This document shows, one piece after another, positions 28,602-38,544 of a DNA stretch of 64,000 nt. Source of the DNA: Candidatus Altiarchaeota archaeon (lineage in GTDB: Archaea > SpSt-1190); contig JAAOXU010000015.1 of the NCBI GenBank assembly GCA_018220935.1, positions 2,255 through 66,254 on the forward strand, in the 5' to 3' direction. The stretch's first letter is position 1; the number at the start of each line of letters is the position of its first letter. The notes under the pieces were generated by a model that saw only the letters and a list, made by a program, of their open reading frames with translations, was not told the DNA's origin and made no database searches. The translations under genes were made by a program, and so were the position numbers.

Positions 28602-29399
28602 TTAATCATTCCACTTGTGTTTTGGGTTTCTTGGAATTATAATCCAAGCAACTAAGTATGCTGGAATTCCAATACCCCAAAAAAGAGTAGATACGACCCA
28701 AAATAAGCGTACTATGGTAGGATCCGTATCTAAGTACTCAGCAATTCCTCCACATACCCCACCAAGAATTTTTTCTTTTCCGGAACGGTAAAATCTTTTT
28801 ACTATAGTTTTAGATGATTTTTTAACTATTTTAACACTTCCATAAAACAGGAAGCGAAGTAGTACTAAAACATATCCAAAAGCAACTATACCAATAAAAA
28901 TAGTCCAAAAATTCCAAGTTATAATGTTTGAGATTAAGAGTAAAATTGCGCTATTAATGTCAACATTTGCAATTTCAATAAACTGTACTCCGACCCAAAG
29001 TGCCATTGAAATTTCAAGCGCAACTAAAAGTGGATAAATTGGTAGTATACTTACTTTGTATTCGTTACCTAGATATGACCTCATACCTGAAAACAAAGCC
29101 ATCGCAAAAAGTAAACCTAAATTATTGACTAAAAAGTCGCTTAATCCAAGTAAAAAACCAATACCAGTTACTGTCCCAAAGTAAACCAATAACCAAGAGG
29201 CAATCAACAAAATAAACACACTAAAAATACTTGCAATGAAAGGACCTACAATATTTGAGTTTACGAAACTTTGTCTACATTGGTGATTATGTGATCTTGT
29301 TTCACCAAAGTCTTCAATCTTTTTACCCAACGATTTAATCTCTGATCTAAAGTCTTCAAGATTTTGTTTTAGTTCATCATTTTTGGTTTTTTTGACCAC
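28602..29399 (-). CDS. PspC-domain membrane protein
   Basis: It has the C-terminal PspC domain GGVCGGIAEYLDTDPTIVRLFWVV, preceded by several TM helices and an N-terminal coiled coil. Confidence 0.75.
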   Translation of the reverse strand: MVKKTKNDELKQNLEDFRSEIKSLGKKIEDFGETRSHNHQCRQSFVNSNIVGPFIASIFSVFILLIASWLLVYFGTVTGIGFLLGLSDFLVNNLGLLFAMALFSGMRSYLGNEYKVSILPIYPLLVALEISMALWVGVQFIEIANVDINSAILLLISNIITWNFWTIFIGIVAFGYVLVLLRFLFYGSVKIVKKSSKTIVKRFYRSGKEKILGGVCGGIAEYLDTDPTIVRLFWVVSTLFWGIGIPAYLVAWIIIPRNPKHKWND

Positions 29400-29499
29400 A
29401 TGCTACTTCAGTTTTGTAAGTATTAATGTTTTAATATAGCTTATTTGTTTTTTTTAAAGACGTGAAAAAACGATTTAAAACGACGTTTTGTTTTAGTTT

Positions 29500-30075
29500 A
29501 TGTCTGTTGTTTACTCTGACGAAATAAAACCGTTTGATGAAATACTCCTTGATTTTAATTCAAAACCAAATGATTATGTTTACTCAATTCCTTTTAATGA
29601 GCCTCTTGAGCTACGTAGCGAAGCCAAAATTGTAGCTAGGCGTGCATATGAACTTGCATTAAAGAGAGTCAGACACATACTTATTGACTTAGACTTTGAA
29701 GGGTGGGATGAACTTACCACTCCTGATTCTTTTATCTATGTACCTTATGACATTCGTTCAAAAGGCAAATATGTTGATAGCCGTATGAAAACGGGCATGC
29801 AAGTTTTTGGTGAATTGATAGAAGATTTTGCGTATGACTTAGCAAAGACTGCGTATTTTTCTGAGACAAACCAAGATTTAGATGAACACGCAACTAAATT
29901 TATTGCAAAAGTTGCAAGGGAATCAAAAAACACCACTCCTGAACGTTTTTATACCTGGATTGAAGACCGTGGTTTTCCAGAAAGACTTTTGGTCTCGTAT
30001 CAGATTGCCTCAGAAGAAAATGATAACTTACTCGATACAGCTAGCTACGCTGTTGGAAATTACTTAGAACTTTAA
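29500..30075 (+). CDS. Hypothetical protein
   Basis: This is an ORF with no recognised domain. Confidence 0.45.
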   Translation: MSVVYSDEIKPFDEILLDFNSKPNDYVYSIPFNEPLELRSEAKIVARRAYELALKRVRHILIDLDFEGWDELTTPDSFIYVPYDIRSKGKYVDSRMKTGMQVFGELIEDFAYDLAKTAYFSETNQDLDEHATKFIAKVARESKNTTPERFYTWIEDRGFPERLLVSYQIASEENDNLLDTASYAVGNYLEL

Positions 30076-30114
30076 TTCATTTCAATATTTTTATAAATTC
30101 AATCTTGAATATGT

Positions 30115-30555
30115 TTGGTGTATGAAATAACGATGCCTGATAAAATTAGAGAACTGATTAGGGATAACTCTGCAGGTCAAATGTCTCTTCTCGAATTTTC
30201 AAGAAACTTTAAAAAAATAAAGGCTAAACAGCCGTGTCTTATTGATTCTATGGTTGGTAGGTACTCCAATCTTTTAAATCCGAAATTACCTTTAGTTTCT
30301 CAACACGAGGGCCTTGTTGATGACAACGAAACTTATCAACTAATTAATTATCTAGAAACCTTAAAACACATTAGCGCACCAATTTTCTTTTTTGTAAGTC
30401 CTGATGTTTACGAAGTAGATACACCGTTTGGTACACTCCCAAATGTTTCAGAAACGTCTCAAATGTTTAAATATTTAGTCTCTGACAATGAGCTTTTATC
30501 GAGAACTTATTTTGTTTTTCATATTAAACACTTATATTCTGAAGTTTCAAAATAA
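30115..30555 (+). CDS. Hypothetical protein
   Basis: This is an ORF with no recognised domain. Confidence 0.45.
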   Translation: MVYEITMPDKIRELIRDNSAGQMSLLEFSRNFKKIKAKQPCLIDSMVGRYSNLLNPKLPLVSQHEGLVDDNETYQLINYLETLKHISAPIFFFVSPDVYEVDTPFGTLPNVSETSQMFKYLVSDNELLSRTYFVFHIKHLYSEVSK

Positions 30556-30565
30556 AACAATAAAT

Positions 30566-30637
30566 GCAGCCGGCGGGATTTGAACCCGCGCAGCGAGCTT
30601 GGAAGGCTCGAGTCATACCAGACTAGACTACAGCTGC
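30566..30637 (-). tRNA. tRNA-Gly (anticodon UCC)
   Basis: The minus strand reads GCAGCTGTAGTCTAGTCTGGTATGACTCGAGCCTTCCAAGCTCGCTGCGCGGGTTCAAATCCCGCCGGCTGC. It has a 7-bp acceptor stem (one G-U), an anticodon loop CTTCCAA and a GGTTCAAATCC T-arm. No CCA is encoded and there is no intron. Confidence 0.9.
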
Positions 30638-30652
30638 TACATTCTATTTTGA

Positions 30653-30674
30653 TCAAGCTTTTTTTAAAAGCTTG
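30653..30674. promoter_or_regulatory. Perfect palindrome CAAGCTTTTTTT-AAAAGCTTG (symmetric TATA-like core); a second copy lies at 2731-2750
   Basis: The AT-rich centre lies about 26 nt upstream of the tRNA-Gly 5' end on the minus strand and about 25-75 nt upstream of the + strand ORF at 30680. A near-identical element sits upstream of ORF 2748. Confidence 0.45.
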
Positions 30675-30679
30675 TTGAA

Positions 30680-31234
30680 TTGATTTTAAGGCTTTCTAAT
30701 CATAAGATCTTTAAATCGTGGTGGTCAGCAAGCCCTATGGATTTAGAAAAAATTTCAGCTTTATACGCTGCAGATGGTGAGACTGTTAGTGTTGCGATGT
30801 CTGAAAATGTTCCTTTTATTGATTTAGATATAAACCAACTCAAAAATATGGCTTACTCAACACCTACTGATTTAGAAGGTGATTGGACTTTGATTTTTTC
30901 AGTTCATAATCCTAGTGCAAAGTTAAGGGCAGTAAAAAATGGCAATGATGATGACCTAAAAACACCTAGTATAAAAGAGTTATTTGATCAATATGATACT
31001 TTGATTTTGGTGTCCCCAAAGGAAATTTATATTCCAGAAAATCTTGAGACTGATATGTTACCAGGTAATACATATATTTCAATACATAATGGTGTTGGGG
31101 TCTCTAATGTGAAACCTAATGGGGTTTTGATCCATAAACATTTTGAGGGTATGAAGACTGTTGATTTGGCAGTTGCTAGTAATGGGTATGTTTTTACTGC
31201 TTGCTATGATCGTTGTGGCCACAACTTAGTCTAA
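30680..31234 (+). CDS. Hypothetical protein (true start possibly the ATG of MDLEKIS near 30740)
   Basis: The listed start of this ORF is TTG. Confidence 0.45.
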   Translation: MILRLSNHKIFKSWWSASPMDLEKISALYAADGETVSVAMSENVPFIDLDINQLKNMAYSTPTDLEGDWTLIFSVHNPSAKLRAVKNGNDDDLKTPSIKELFDQYDTLILVSPKEIYIPENLETDMLPGNTYISIHNGVGVSNVKPNGVLIHKHFEGMKTVDLAVASNGYVFTACYDRCGHNLV

Positions 31235-31268
31235 AAACGCTTATTTACTGTATAGCTCTTCTTTACCT

Positions 31269-33800
31269 GTGGTTCTTGAGACTGACGTTAGTAAAGGGCT
31301 TAGCACTAGTGAGGCGCGCCTTCGTCTTGAAAAATATGGACCTAATGAAATAATTGAAAGAAAAAAAGTGTCTGCATTTAAACTGCTTTTTAGCCAGTTT
31401 GAGGACCCAATAGTTCTAATTTTTATTGTTTCAGCTGCAATGTCTGCATTTTTAGGTGAGACTCTCGATTTTTTTGTGATTTCAGTTATTACACTTTTTA
31501 TTGTACTCCTTGGTTTTTTCCAAGAATACAAGGCTGAAGAAGCCTTAGAAAAACTAAAAGAATTGATTGTTCCAACATCAAAAGTTCTAAGAAATAAAAA
31601 ACTCGTAGAACTCCCTATTGAGGCAGTAGTCCCAGGAGACATTGTGGTGCTTGAACCTGGAGACATGATTCCTGCTGATTGTAAAATAATTAATGGGAAT
31701 AATTTTGCAGTTGATGAATCTATGCTTACTGGGGAGAGTCTCTCTGTTGAGAAAAAAAATATGGATGATGTTTATCGAGGTACTATTGTAGTTAGAGGAA
31801 CTGCTAAGGTTGAGGTGGTCTCAACTGGTTCAAAAACTAAATTTGGAAAAATTGCGGATCTTCTTGGTGGGGATAATAAAAGTAAAATTCAAGAAAAGTC
31901 TGAAGAACTCGCAAAAGTAATCACAAAAATTGTAATTTGGGCAAGCGTTGCTATTGGTGTTATTGGTTTTATCAAAGGTGCTTCTCTTACGTCAATTATT
32001 TCTGTTGCAATCGCAACTGCTATAGCAGGAATACCTGAAGCACTCCCCCTAACAACTACTATTATCTTGGCTTTGGGAGTCTACAAAATGGTAAAAAAGA
32101 AAGCCATAGTCAGACGCCTTTCTGCAGTTGAGGAACTTGGAACTGTTACTGTAATTTGTACTGATAAAACTGGAACTTTAACAAAAAATGAAATGACTGT
32201 TGAAAAAATTTTTGTTGATGGTCACTTAATTGATGTGGGTGGAAAGGGTTACAATGATGATGGGAAAATTACACAAGGTGATAGGGAAGTATCTAGTGAT
32301 GGGTTAGAAAAACTGTTAGTTTCAGCCATCCTTTGTAATAATGCTGACTTAATTGAAAAAGAGAAGGATTTTGATGTCGTAGGAGACCCAACTGAAGTTG
32401 CTTTACTTGTGGCTGCTAGAAAATATGGATTAAATGAAGACATCGTTAGAAATGAATTCCCGAGGGTGGCAGAAGAACCGTTTGCATCAGAAAAAAAATA
32501 TATGATAACAACTCACCGAAATGGTAGAAAGTTTAGAGTTCTAAAAGGTGCACCTGAAGTTCTATTAAAAAAATGTACAAGTGTTCTAATTAATGGACGC
32601 CACGAAAAACTATCTCGAAAGTGGACCAAAAGATTTAAAGATCAAATAACTGTGATGGCAACATCAGGTCTTCGAGTTATTGCAATCGCAGCTTCAAATA
32701 AAAAAGAATGGGCTTTAGTTGGTTTATTTGGTATGCAAGATCCTCCACGTCATGGTGTTGATAAGGCAGTTGAGATTGCTCACAAAGCTGGTATTAAGGT
32801 GTATATGATAACTGGTGACAACCCTATAACGGCTAAGTCAATTGGCAATAAAATTGGGATAGTTGGAGACGTTGTAGTTGGAAATGATCTAAAGACTATG
32901 AATGATTCTGAACTACTAAAAGTTCTAGAGACTGCAAGAATCCTAGCAAGAATTGATCCTGAAGATAAATTACGTATTGTAAAAATTTTAAGAGAACATG
33001 ATGAAGTTGTTGCTATGACGGGGGATGGAGTAAATGATGCACCTGCGCTAAAAGAATCTGATGTTGGAATCTCAATGGGTCTTCGTGGTACTGAGGTAGC
33101 AAAGGGTGCGTCTGACATTGTTTTAGTTGATGATAATTTTGTTACGATTGTAAAAGCTATTGAGATGGGACGGGGCATATATGACAATATTAGAAAGTTC
33201 ACTGCATTTCTTTTGAGTTGGAATGTTGGGGTTACTGCTATGATACTTGCTAGTGTTGGTTTGTTTGGGATGACTAATGTAATTTTACTTCCCCTTCAAA
33301 TTTTATTATTAAATGTTGTTTTAGAAGATTTACCTGCGATTGCTCTTGGAATGGATCCAGTATCAAAAGACGTCATGAGTAGGCCACCTAGAAATCCAAG
33401 GGAAAATTTTATCACAAAAAAACTTTGGTTTTTGATCATGGGATTGGGAGCATATATGGCTGTAATTAGTACTGGAATTTTTTACATCAATGCACACAAT
33501 ATTGAATTTGCAAGAACTACTGCATTTTTGGTATTTTCAGCTTTTGTAATTTTTAATGCACTTAATTTCCGGTCTTTAGAAAAATCTACCATTTTAACTG
33601 CACTAAGACGTAATCTTATGTTAGTTTTGGCGGTATTGACGTCTTTAATCATCACAGTAATTGCTATGTATACCCCTGCAGGTGCAACTGTCTTTAAATT
33701 CTTGCCTGTTAGCATAGAAACATGGATTGTGTCTTTAGTTCTCGCTTTTACTATAATTCCTGCTGGAGAGCTTCTAAAACGTAGTATTTATGTGCGATAA
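31269..33800 (+). CDS. P-type cation-transporting ATPase (P2-type, Ca2+/Mg2+-like)
   Basis: It has the DKTGTLT phosphorylation motif, TGDN, GDGVNDAPAL and 8-10 TM helices. Confidence 0.85.
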   Translation: MVLETDVSKGLSTSEARLRLEKYGPNEIIERKKVSAFKLLFSQFEDPIVLIFIVSAAMSAFLGETLDFFVISVITLFIVLLGFFQEYKAEEALEKLKELIVPTSKVLRNKKLVELPIEAVVPGDIVVLEPGDMIPADCKIINGNNFAVDESMLTGESLSVEKKNMDDVYRGTIVVRGTAKVEVVSTGSKTKFGKIADLLGGDNKSKIQEKSEELAKVITKIVIWASVAIGVIGFIKGASLTSIISVAIATAIAGIPEALPLTTTIILALGVYKMVKKKAIVRRLSAVEELGTVTVICTDKTGTLTKNEMTVEKIFVDGHLIDVGGKGYNDDGKITQGDREVSSDGLEKLLVSAILCNNADLIEKEKDFDVVGDPTEVALLVAARKYGLNEDIVRNEFPRVAEEPFASEKKYMITTHRNGRKFRVLKGAPEVLLKKCTSVLINGRHEKLSRKWTKRFKDQITVMATSGLRVIAIAASNKKEWALVGLFGMQDPPRHGVDKAVEIAHKAGIKVYMITGDNPITAKSIGNKIGIVGDVVVGNDLKTMNDSELLKVLETARILARIDPEDKLRIVKILREHDEVVAMTGDGVNDAPALKESDVGISMGLRGTEVAKGASDIVLVDDNFVTIVKAIEMGRGIYDNIRKFTAFLLSWNVGVTAMILASVGLFGMTNVILLPLQILLLNVVLEDLPAIALGMDPVSKDVMSRPPRNPRENFITKKLWFLIMGLGAYMAVISTGIFYINAHNIEFARTTAFLVFSAFVIFNALNFRSLEKSTILTALRRNLMLVLAVLTSLIITVIAMYTPAGATVFKFLPVSIETWIVSLVLAFTIIPAGELLKRSIYVR

Positions 33801-33832
33801 AGTTTAACTATCATAAATGTGGGCAACAGTTT

Positions 33833-36151
33833 ATGAAACTGCAAATATTGTTTGCGATGATGCTGTTAACTGTTGTTGCTTTTGCACAAGATGTTGACAG
33901 TATTAACGTGGCAGTTGACAGTTCAGTTACGGGTGATGAAACCAACTCGGTTTCGGACGACACTGTTACAAATGTAATCGATGAGAATGGAGTTAATCAA
34001 GAAGATTTTGAAGATGCTGAAAATCCAACAGGGATTGATTTAGATCTTGACCAAATTGGTAGCACTGATGACTTAGTTCCTACAAGTGTAACAGGTATTG
34101 CTAATGCTGTAACTATTAGCACTACTGGCGTTACTGATGAATTAGAACCAACACTCAACGTAGAACCAGTTCTATATGAGGATGGGTCTGATGAAAGTAT
34201 AACTTCGCTGGGTTTTTGTGAATTTGATCAAAAATCTGAAGAGGGAGAGACAAAAGTCGTGGTTGAATGTGCTTTGAGTCTACCTAATCCGTGTCATACT
34301 GTTGAGTATGGTTGGATTCCAGGTGCTCAAGATAACGTCTACACTTTTCTTGTTCATATAAGGGACAGGCCAGGTGTAATGTGTGCACAAGTCATCTATG
34401 AAACTGAGGTAAGAACTGAACAGATCTTCTTAACTGAAGATCTAAACTTTGATTACAAAATAAACTACGTTCCGGCTAAAGAGCTAAGACTAGCTCCATT
34501 ACCTACTGACATAATTCAAGAACCAACGGTGGATTTTGAATGTGACAATATGGTAAGAGACATAAAAAGGAATATTGAACGGCTAGAACAACAATTAGAA
34601 CGAGCAAAAAGTGCAGGTCTTGATTCTGAATATGTGCGTGTAAAAAACATAATAAGACAAGAACTATACTCGCTTGAAACATTTAGTTGTGTTAGAGACG
34701 TAATCACAAAAGAATTACCTACAGCATCACTCTGTACCAAACAAAGAATTGATGCAGAGATGAGATTGAAAGATCTCCACCTCACTTTAAGTGAAGCTGA
34801 AATCAGTGGTGACGTTGAAGCAATTAACAAACTTGAATTAAAAATTCGAGATGTAAAAGCTGAACTAATTAGTCTTCCAACCGTTGATCGATGTGCAACT
34901 ACAATGCATTTTGAGATTCAACCTACAGTTGAGTTGATTGAAGACAAACTCGGCCAATTTTATGAGAGACTACGTGACTTTAACATCATAATGAGGGTTG
35001 CTAATCCATGTGATAAAGTAACTTTTATTGATGAGAAAATTACTGAACTCGAATCAACTTTGTCTGATATCTCAGATGATGAGGTAACAGTAAGAAAGAA
35101 TAAAATTGGTGTCCTAGTTGACACGAAGAGCAACATGGAGCGAGCTTGCACGGCAATCAAAGAAAACACCAATTGTGGTGAAGCAGTCCAGATGAGAAAT
35201 AATTTCAATAACTTTATTGAAAAGGTTCAATCTGGAAATATTGACGGTGTAAGACTAGATAACAATGCCAAGGACCTTATAACTAAGTTTACGAGGCTAC
35301 AAAGCGCATGCCTAGATGATGTCAAGCAGATGTTTGATAATCATCCTTGTATGGGAGCCCAGGTCCTTGAAATCGAAGTTGAAAGAATGTCTTCATTGGG
35401 TGAAAGCCCAGAGATACTTCCCGACATCTACAATAAGATGACTGAGTTTAGGGAAGCTTGTTTCAAAGGAGAGGTTTTGTCAAGAACTAAAGAACAAGTT
35501 CGAAATACATTCCAAGATGCTAGAGAGGCTAAATTTAAAGCCAACGACATAGCACAAATTGTAGGAGAACTTGAGCTTAGAAAGCACATAATATTGGCAG
35601 ATGATGAGCTTTCAAGTGCTGAAAAATCAAGAATTGTTCGAGAAATTGAGGCTGAAAAGACTGCGTTAATTAAAGACGTGGTTACTCAATTCAAACGAGC
35701 TAAGATTACTAGTGCTATGAAAGTGAAGTTATCTAAAGATGCTTTTGAGGTTGAAGATGAATCCTTTGATGCGAAAGAAGTTACACTTGAACTCACCACT
35801 TCTGATGGTAGTTTAGAAGTAACAGCAATCGAAGACAGGATTGAACTTAGGAGCAAAAACGCTCGCATTACAGCAAGGATTGAATTGGAGTTTGAAAACG
35901 GACGCTTAATGATTCGTGGAAAAGCTTTGAGGATGCCTGATGAAGTGCTAAGTGATGTGGGAGCTCTACAGGGAGATCTTGAACTCAACGACGATGGAAC
36001 TACTGCAACATATGAAGGAATTGTGAAAAAACAGTTCAGATTATTTGCAATAATTCCCCTTCATGCAGATGTGTTTGTAAAAACAGATGCAGAAGCTGGA
36101 GATATCTTGGAAATGAGACGACCCTGGTGGGCTGTCTTTGCTGTTGAGTAA
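33833..36151 (+). CDS. Large secreted acidic coiled-coil protein (signal peptide; surface/adhesin-like)
   Basis: It has the N-terminal signal MKLQILFAMMLLTVVAFAQ, a D/E/T-rich N-terminal region and long heptad-like segments. Confidence 0.6.
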   Translation: MKLQILFAMMLLTVVAFAQDVDSINVAVDSSVTGDETNSVSDDTVTNVIDENGVNQEDFEDAENPTGIDLDLDQIGSTDDLVPTSVTGIANAVTISTTGVTDELEPTLNVEPVLYEDGSDESITSLGFCEFDQKSEEGETKVVVECALSLPNPCHTVEYGWIPGAQDNVYTFLVHIRDRPGVMCAQVIYETEVRTEQIFLTEDLNFDYKINYVPAKELRLAPLPTDIIQEPTVDFECDNMVRDIKRNIERLEQQLERAKSAGLDSEYVRVKNIIRQELYSLETFSCVRDVITKELPTASLCTKQRIDAEMRLKDLHLTLSEAEISGDVEAINKLELKIRDVKAELISLPTVDRCATTMHFEIQPTVELIEDKLGQFYERLRDFNIIMRVANPCDKVTFIDEKITELESTLSDISDDEVTVRKNKIGVLVDTKSNMERACTAIKENTNCGEAVQMRNNFNNFIEKVQSGNIDGVRLDNNAKDLITKFTRLQSACLDDVKQMFDNHPCMGAQVLEIEVERMSSLGESPEILPDIYNKMTEFREACFKGEVLSRTKEQVRNTFQDAREAKFKANDIAQIVGELELRKHIILADDELSSAEKSRIVREIEAEKTALIKDVVTQFKRAKITSAMKVKLSKDAFEVEDESFDAKEVTLELTTSDGSLEVTAIEDRIELRSKNARITARIELEFENGRLMIRGKALRMPDEVLSDVGALQGDLELNDDGTTATYEGIVKKQFRLFAIIPLHADVFVKTDAEAGDILEMRRPWWAVFAVE

Positions 36152-36163
36152 ACAAAAGTTTAG

Positions 36164-36197
36164 CCCCCGGAAACGGGGGAATCTTTTTATTTTTTTG
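36164..36197 (+). terminator. Intrinsic-terminator-like hairpin plus T-tract
   Basis: The sequence CCCCCG-GAAA-CGGGGG is followed by AATCTTTTTATTTTTTT. Confidence 0.6.
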
Positions 36198-36211
36198 GTT
36201 TTAATATTTTT

Positions 36212-37171
36212 GTGAAAGAAAAAAAGCTTGAAGAGATGGGATATCGTCTTTCTGGTACTGGTTCTGTTGAAATTTGTAGGTGGAATAAAAATGTACTCAC
36301 TGGTAGAGGTGCCTGCTATAAACAGACCTTTTACGGTGTTCCCACACATAGGTGTATGGAACTAACCCCTTCTACATTATTTTGTAATAATAACTGCGCT
36401 TATTGTTGGAGACCTGCTGAATTTATGGGTCTTCCAAAAAAAGTTGATTGGTCACAACCTGAAGCTATGGTTGAGGAACTAATACAGAAAAGAAAGGCGC
36501 TTCTTATGGGCTTTAAAGGCAATCCTAAGACTAATCAAAAATTGTTTTTTGAAAGTCTAAAACCTATACATTTTGCAATTAGTTTGAGTGGTGAACCAAC
36601 ACTTTATCCATACCTCTCAAAATTAATTGATTATCTTAACAGGCGAGAAAATACCTTTTCTACATTTCTTGTAACTAATGGACAAAATCCGTTAGCACTA
36701 AAAAAATTAAATACCTTGCCAACTCAATTATATCTTAGTGTAACTGCACCAAATCCAGAACTTTACAAGCGTATTTCAATTCCTTTAGAAAAAAACCCGT
36801 GGGAACGGCTTCTTGAATCTTGTAACTTTTTGGCAAGTGTAAAAACCCGAACAGTGTTGCGTGTAACCTTTATTAAAAATTTAAACATGGTTGAACCATC
36901 TGGTTGGGTCAAACTAATAAAACAAGCTAATCCCCATTTTATTGAATTTAAAGGATATTCTTGGATTGGGCGTAGTAGAGATAGAATGAAATTAGACAAT
37001 GTACCAACTCATGATGAAGTAAAAATATTTGCAGATAAAATTATGGCAGGACTAAATTATCAATTAATTGATCAACACAAGCGTAGTAGAATCGTTTTAT
37101 ACCAGAATCAGGACAGGAAAATTAACCGTTTCATAAATCCAGTTCAACAAGAAAAGGATATAAAACAATAA
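36212..37171 (+). CDS. taw1: tRNA 4-demethylwyosine synthase (TYW1/Taw1, radical SAM)
   Basis: It has HRCMELTPSTLFCNNNCAYCWR, the Taw1 Cys cluster and a radical SAM core. Confidence 0.75.
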   Translation: MKEKKLEEMGYRLSGTGSVEICRWNKNVLTGRGACYKQTFYGVPTHRCMELTPSTLFCNNNCAYCWRPAEFMGLPKKVDWSQPEAMVEELIQKRKALLMGFKGNPKTNQKLFFESLKPIHFAISLSGEPTLYPYLSKLIDYLNRRENTFSTFLVTNGQNPLALKKLNTLPTQLYLSVTAPNPELYKRISIPLEKNPWERLLESCNFLASVKTRTVLRVTFIKNLNMVEPSGWVKLIKQANPHFIEFKGYSWIGRSRDRMKLDNVPTHDEVKIFADKIMAGLNYQLIDQHKRSRIVLYQNQDRKINRFINPVQQEKDIKQ

Positions 37172-37185
37172 TACATGATAATACA

Positions 37186-38544
37186 ATGCCTAAGGCAATA
37201 ATACTTGCAGGTGGTGTGGGTTCACGTCTTTGGCCTCTTAGTAGGGAGGCGTATCCTAAGCAATTTATACAGTTTTTTGATGGGAAAAGTCTATTTCAAA
37301 AGACTGTTGAGAGACTTCTTCCTATTTTTGGTCCCAATAATTTACTAGTTTCAACTGGGGAACCATACAAATTCATTGTAAAAAATCAACTCGATGAGAT
37401 GAAACTTGAAGTTTCAAAAGATCAAATTTTAGTTGAGCCTGAAGCTAAGAGTACTCTGCCTGCTGTGTTACTTGCGATGCATAGATTCGGCAGTGGTGAA
37501 TATGGTGTTTTTCCGAGTGATCATACTATGGCTGATGACGGTGGCTTAAGACAAAGTATTGAAGCTGCACAAAATATTGTGAGTGAGTACATAATTTCTT
37601 TTGGTATAGTCCCTAATTGGCCACATACAGGATATGGGTATATACGCCCGGGGGAGCAATTGTTTTCTGGATATCGCGTAAAAGAATTTGTTGAAAAACC
37701 TGATTTTGAAACTGCTAAAAAATATGTAGAATCTGGATATTATTGGAATGCAGGCATGATGTATACAAATTTAAAAAATTTCAAAATGGAAGTTGAAAAG
37801 TATTCACCTGAACACCTTTTAGTTTTAGATGATGGTGAGGCTGCATACAAAAAGGTTAGTAATCAGACTATGGAGTATGGTGTCTTTGAGAAAACTAATC
37901 TAGCCGCAGTTATTCCCATAAAATCTTACTGGAATGACCTTGGTAGCTTTTCTAGTTTCTTTGATGTTCTAAATAAAAATGGGGGTTCAGTTGCAACCAA
38001 TACTGAAGTACTTGACTTTGGTGCTAAAAATAGTTTAGTGATTAGTGAAGAGAGTAAATTAGTAGGTTTAATTGATGTGAAAGATTTAGTTGTAGTTGAT
38101 ACGAGAGATGCCCTTTTAATTGGTTCAAAAAACAGTTCAGAAAAAGTCAAAAAAATCTTTAATACTTTGAGGGACAAAGGAGATTTACGTGCAAAGCAAC
38201 ATACTACAGTTTACAGGCCTTGGGGCTTTTTTACTTTAATGGAAGGAAACTCAAAATACAAAGTGAAAAAAGTGGTAATTTACCCAGGTAAACGGATGAC
38301 TCTTCATCGTCATATGAATAGAACTGAGCACTGGGTGATTGCTAAAGGTGTGGCTGAAATAAAGTTAGATGATAAAAGGATGTATTTGAAGTCAGGGGAG
38401 TCTGTTTATGTTCCTAAGGGTGCGTCTCATATGTTAAAAAATCCAAGTGAACTGCCTCTTGAGATGATTGAAGTTCAGATTGGTAATTATCTTGATGAGT
38501 CTGATGTTGAAGTTATTGGTAAAGATCACGTAGAAGATCTATAG
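37186..38544 (+). CDS. manC: Mannose-1-phosphate guanylyltransferase with a C-terminal cupin (mannose-6-phosphate isomerase-like) domain
   Basis: It has the N-terminal GGVGSRLWPLSREAYPKQF and a C-terminal cupin domain (HRHMNRTEHWVIAKG). Confidence 0.8.
   Translation: MPKAIILAGGVGSRLWPLSREAYPKQFIQFFDGKSLFQKTVERLLPIFGPNNLLVSTGEPYKFIVKNQLDEMKLEVSKDQILVEPEAKSTLPAVLLAMHRFGSGEYGVFPSDHTMADDGGLRQSIEAAQNIVSEYIISFGIVPNWPHTGYGYIRPGEQLFSGYRVKEFVEKPDFETAKKYVESGYYWNAGMMYTNLKNFKMEVEKYSPEHLLVLDDGEAAYKKVSNQTMEYGVFEKTNLAAVIPIKSYWNDLGSFSSFFDVLNKNGGSVATNTEVLDFGAKNSLVISEESKLVGLIDVKDLVVVDTRDALLIGSKNSSEKVKKIFNTLRDKGDLRAKQHTTVYRPWGFFTLMEGNSKYKVKKVVIYPGKRMTLHRHMNRTEHWVIAKGVAEIKLDDKRMYLKSGESVYVPKGASHMLKNPSELPLEMIEVQIGNYLDESDVEVIGKDHVEDL

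Noticed and set aside
31241-31666. 141-aa minus-strand ORF
   Set aside because: It is antisense to the 5' part of the well-supported P-type ATPase gene. It is a low-complexity S/T-rich shadow frame.
32780-33202. 140-aa minus-strand ORF, plus 32249..32443 and 33482..33715
   Set aside because: All three are antisense to the P-type ATPase gene, which has strong DKTGT and GDGVNDAPAL motifs on the plus strand.
34516-35988. Three minus-strand ORFs (34516..34830, 34960..35208, 35686..35988)
   Set aside because: They are Ser-rich shadow ORFs antisense to the large secreted-protein gene.
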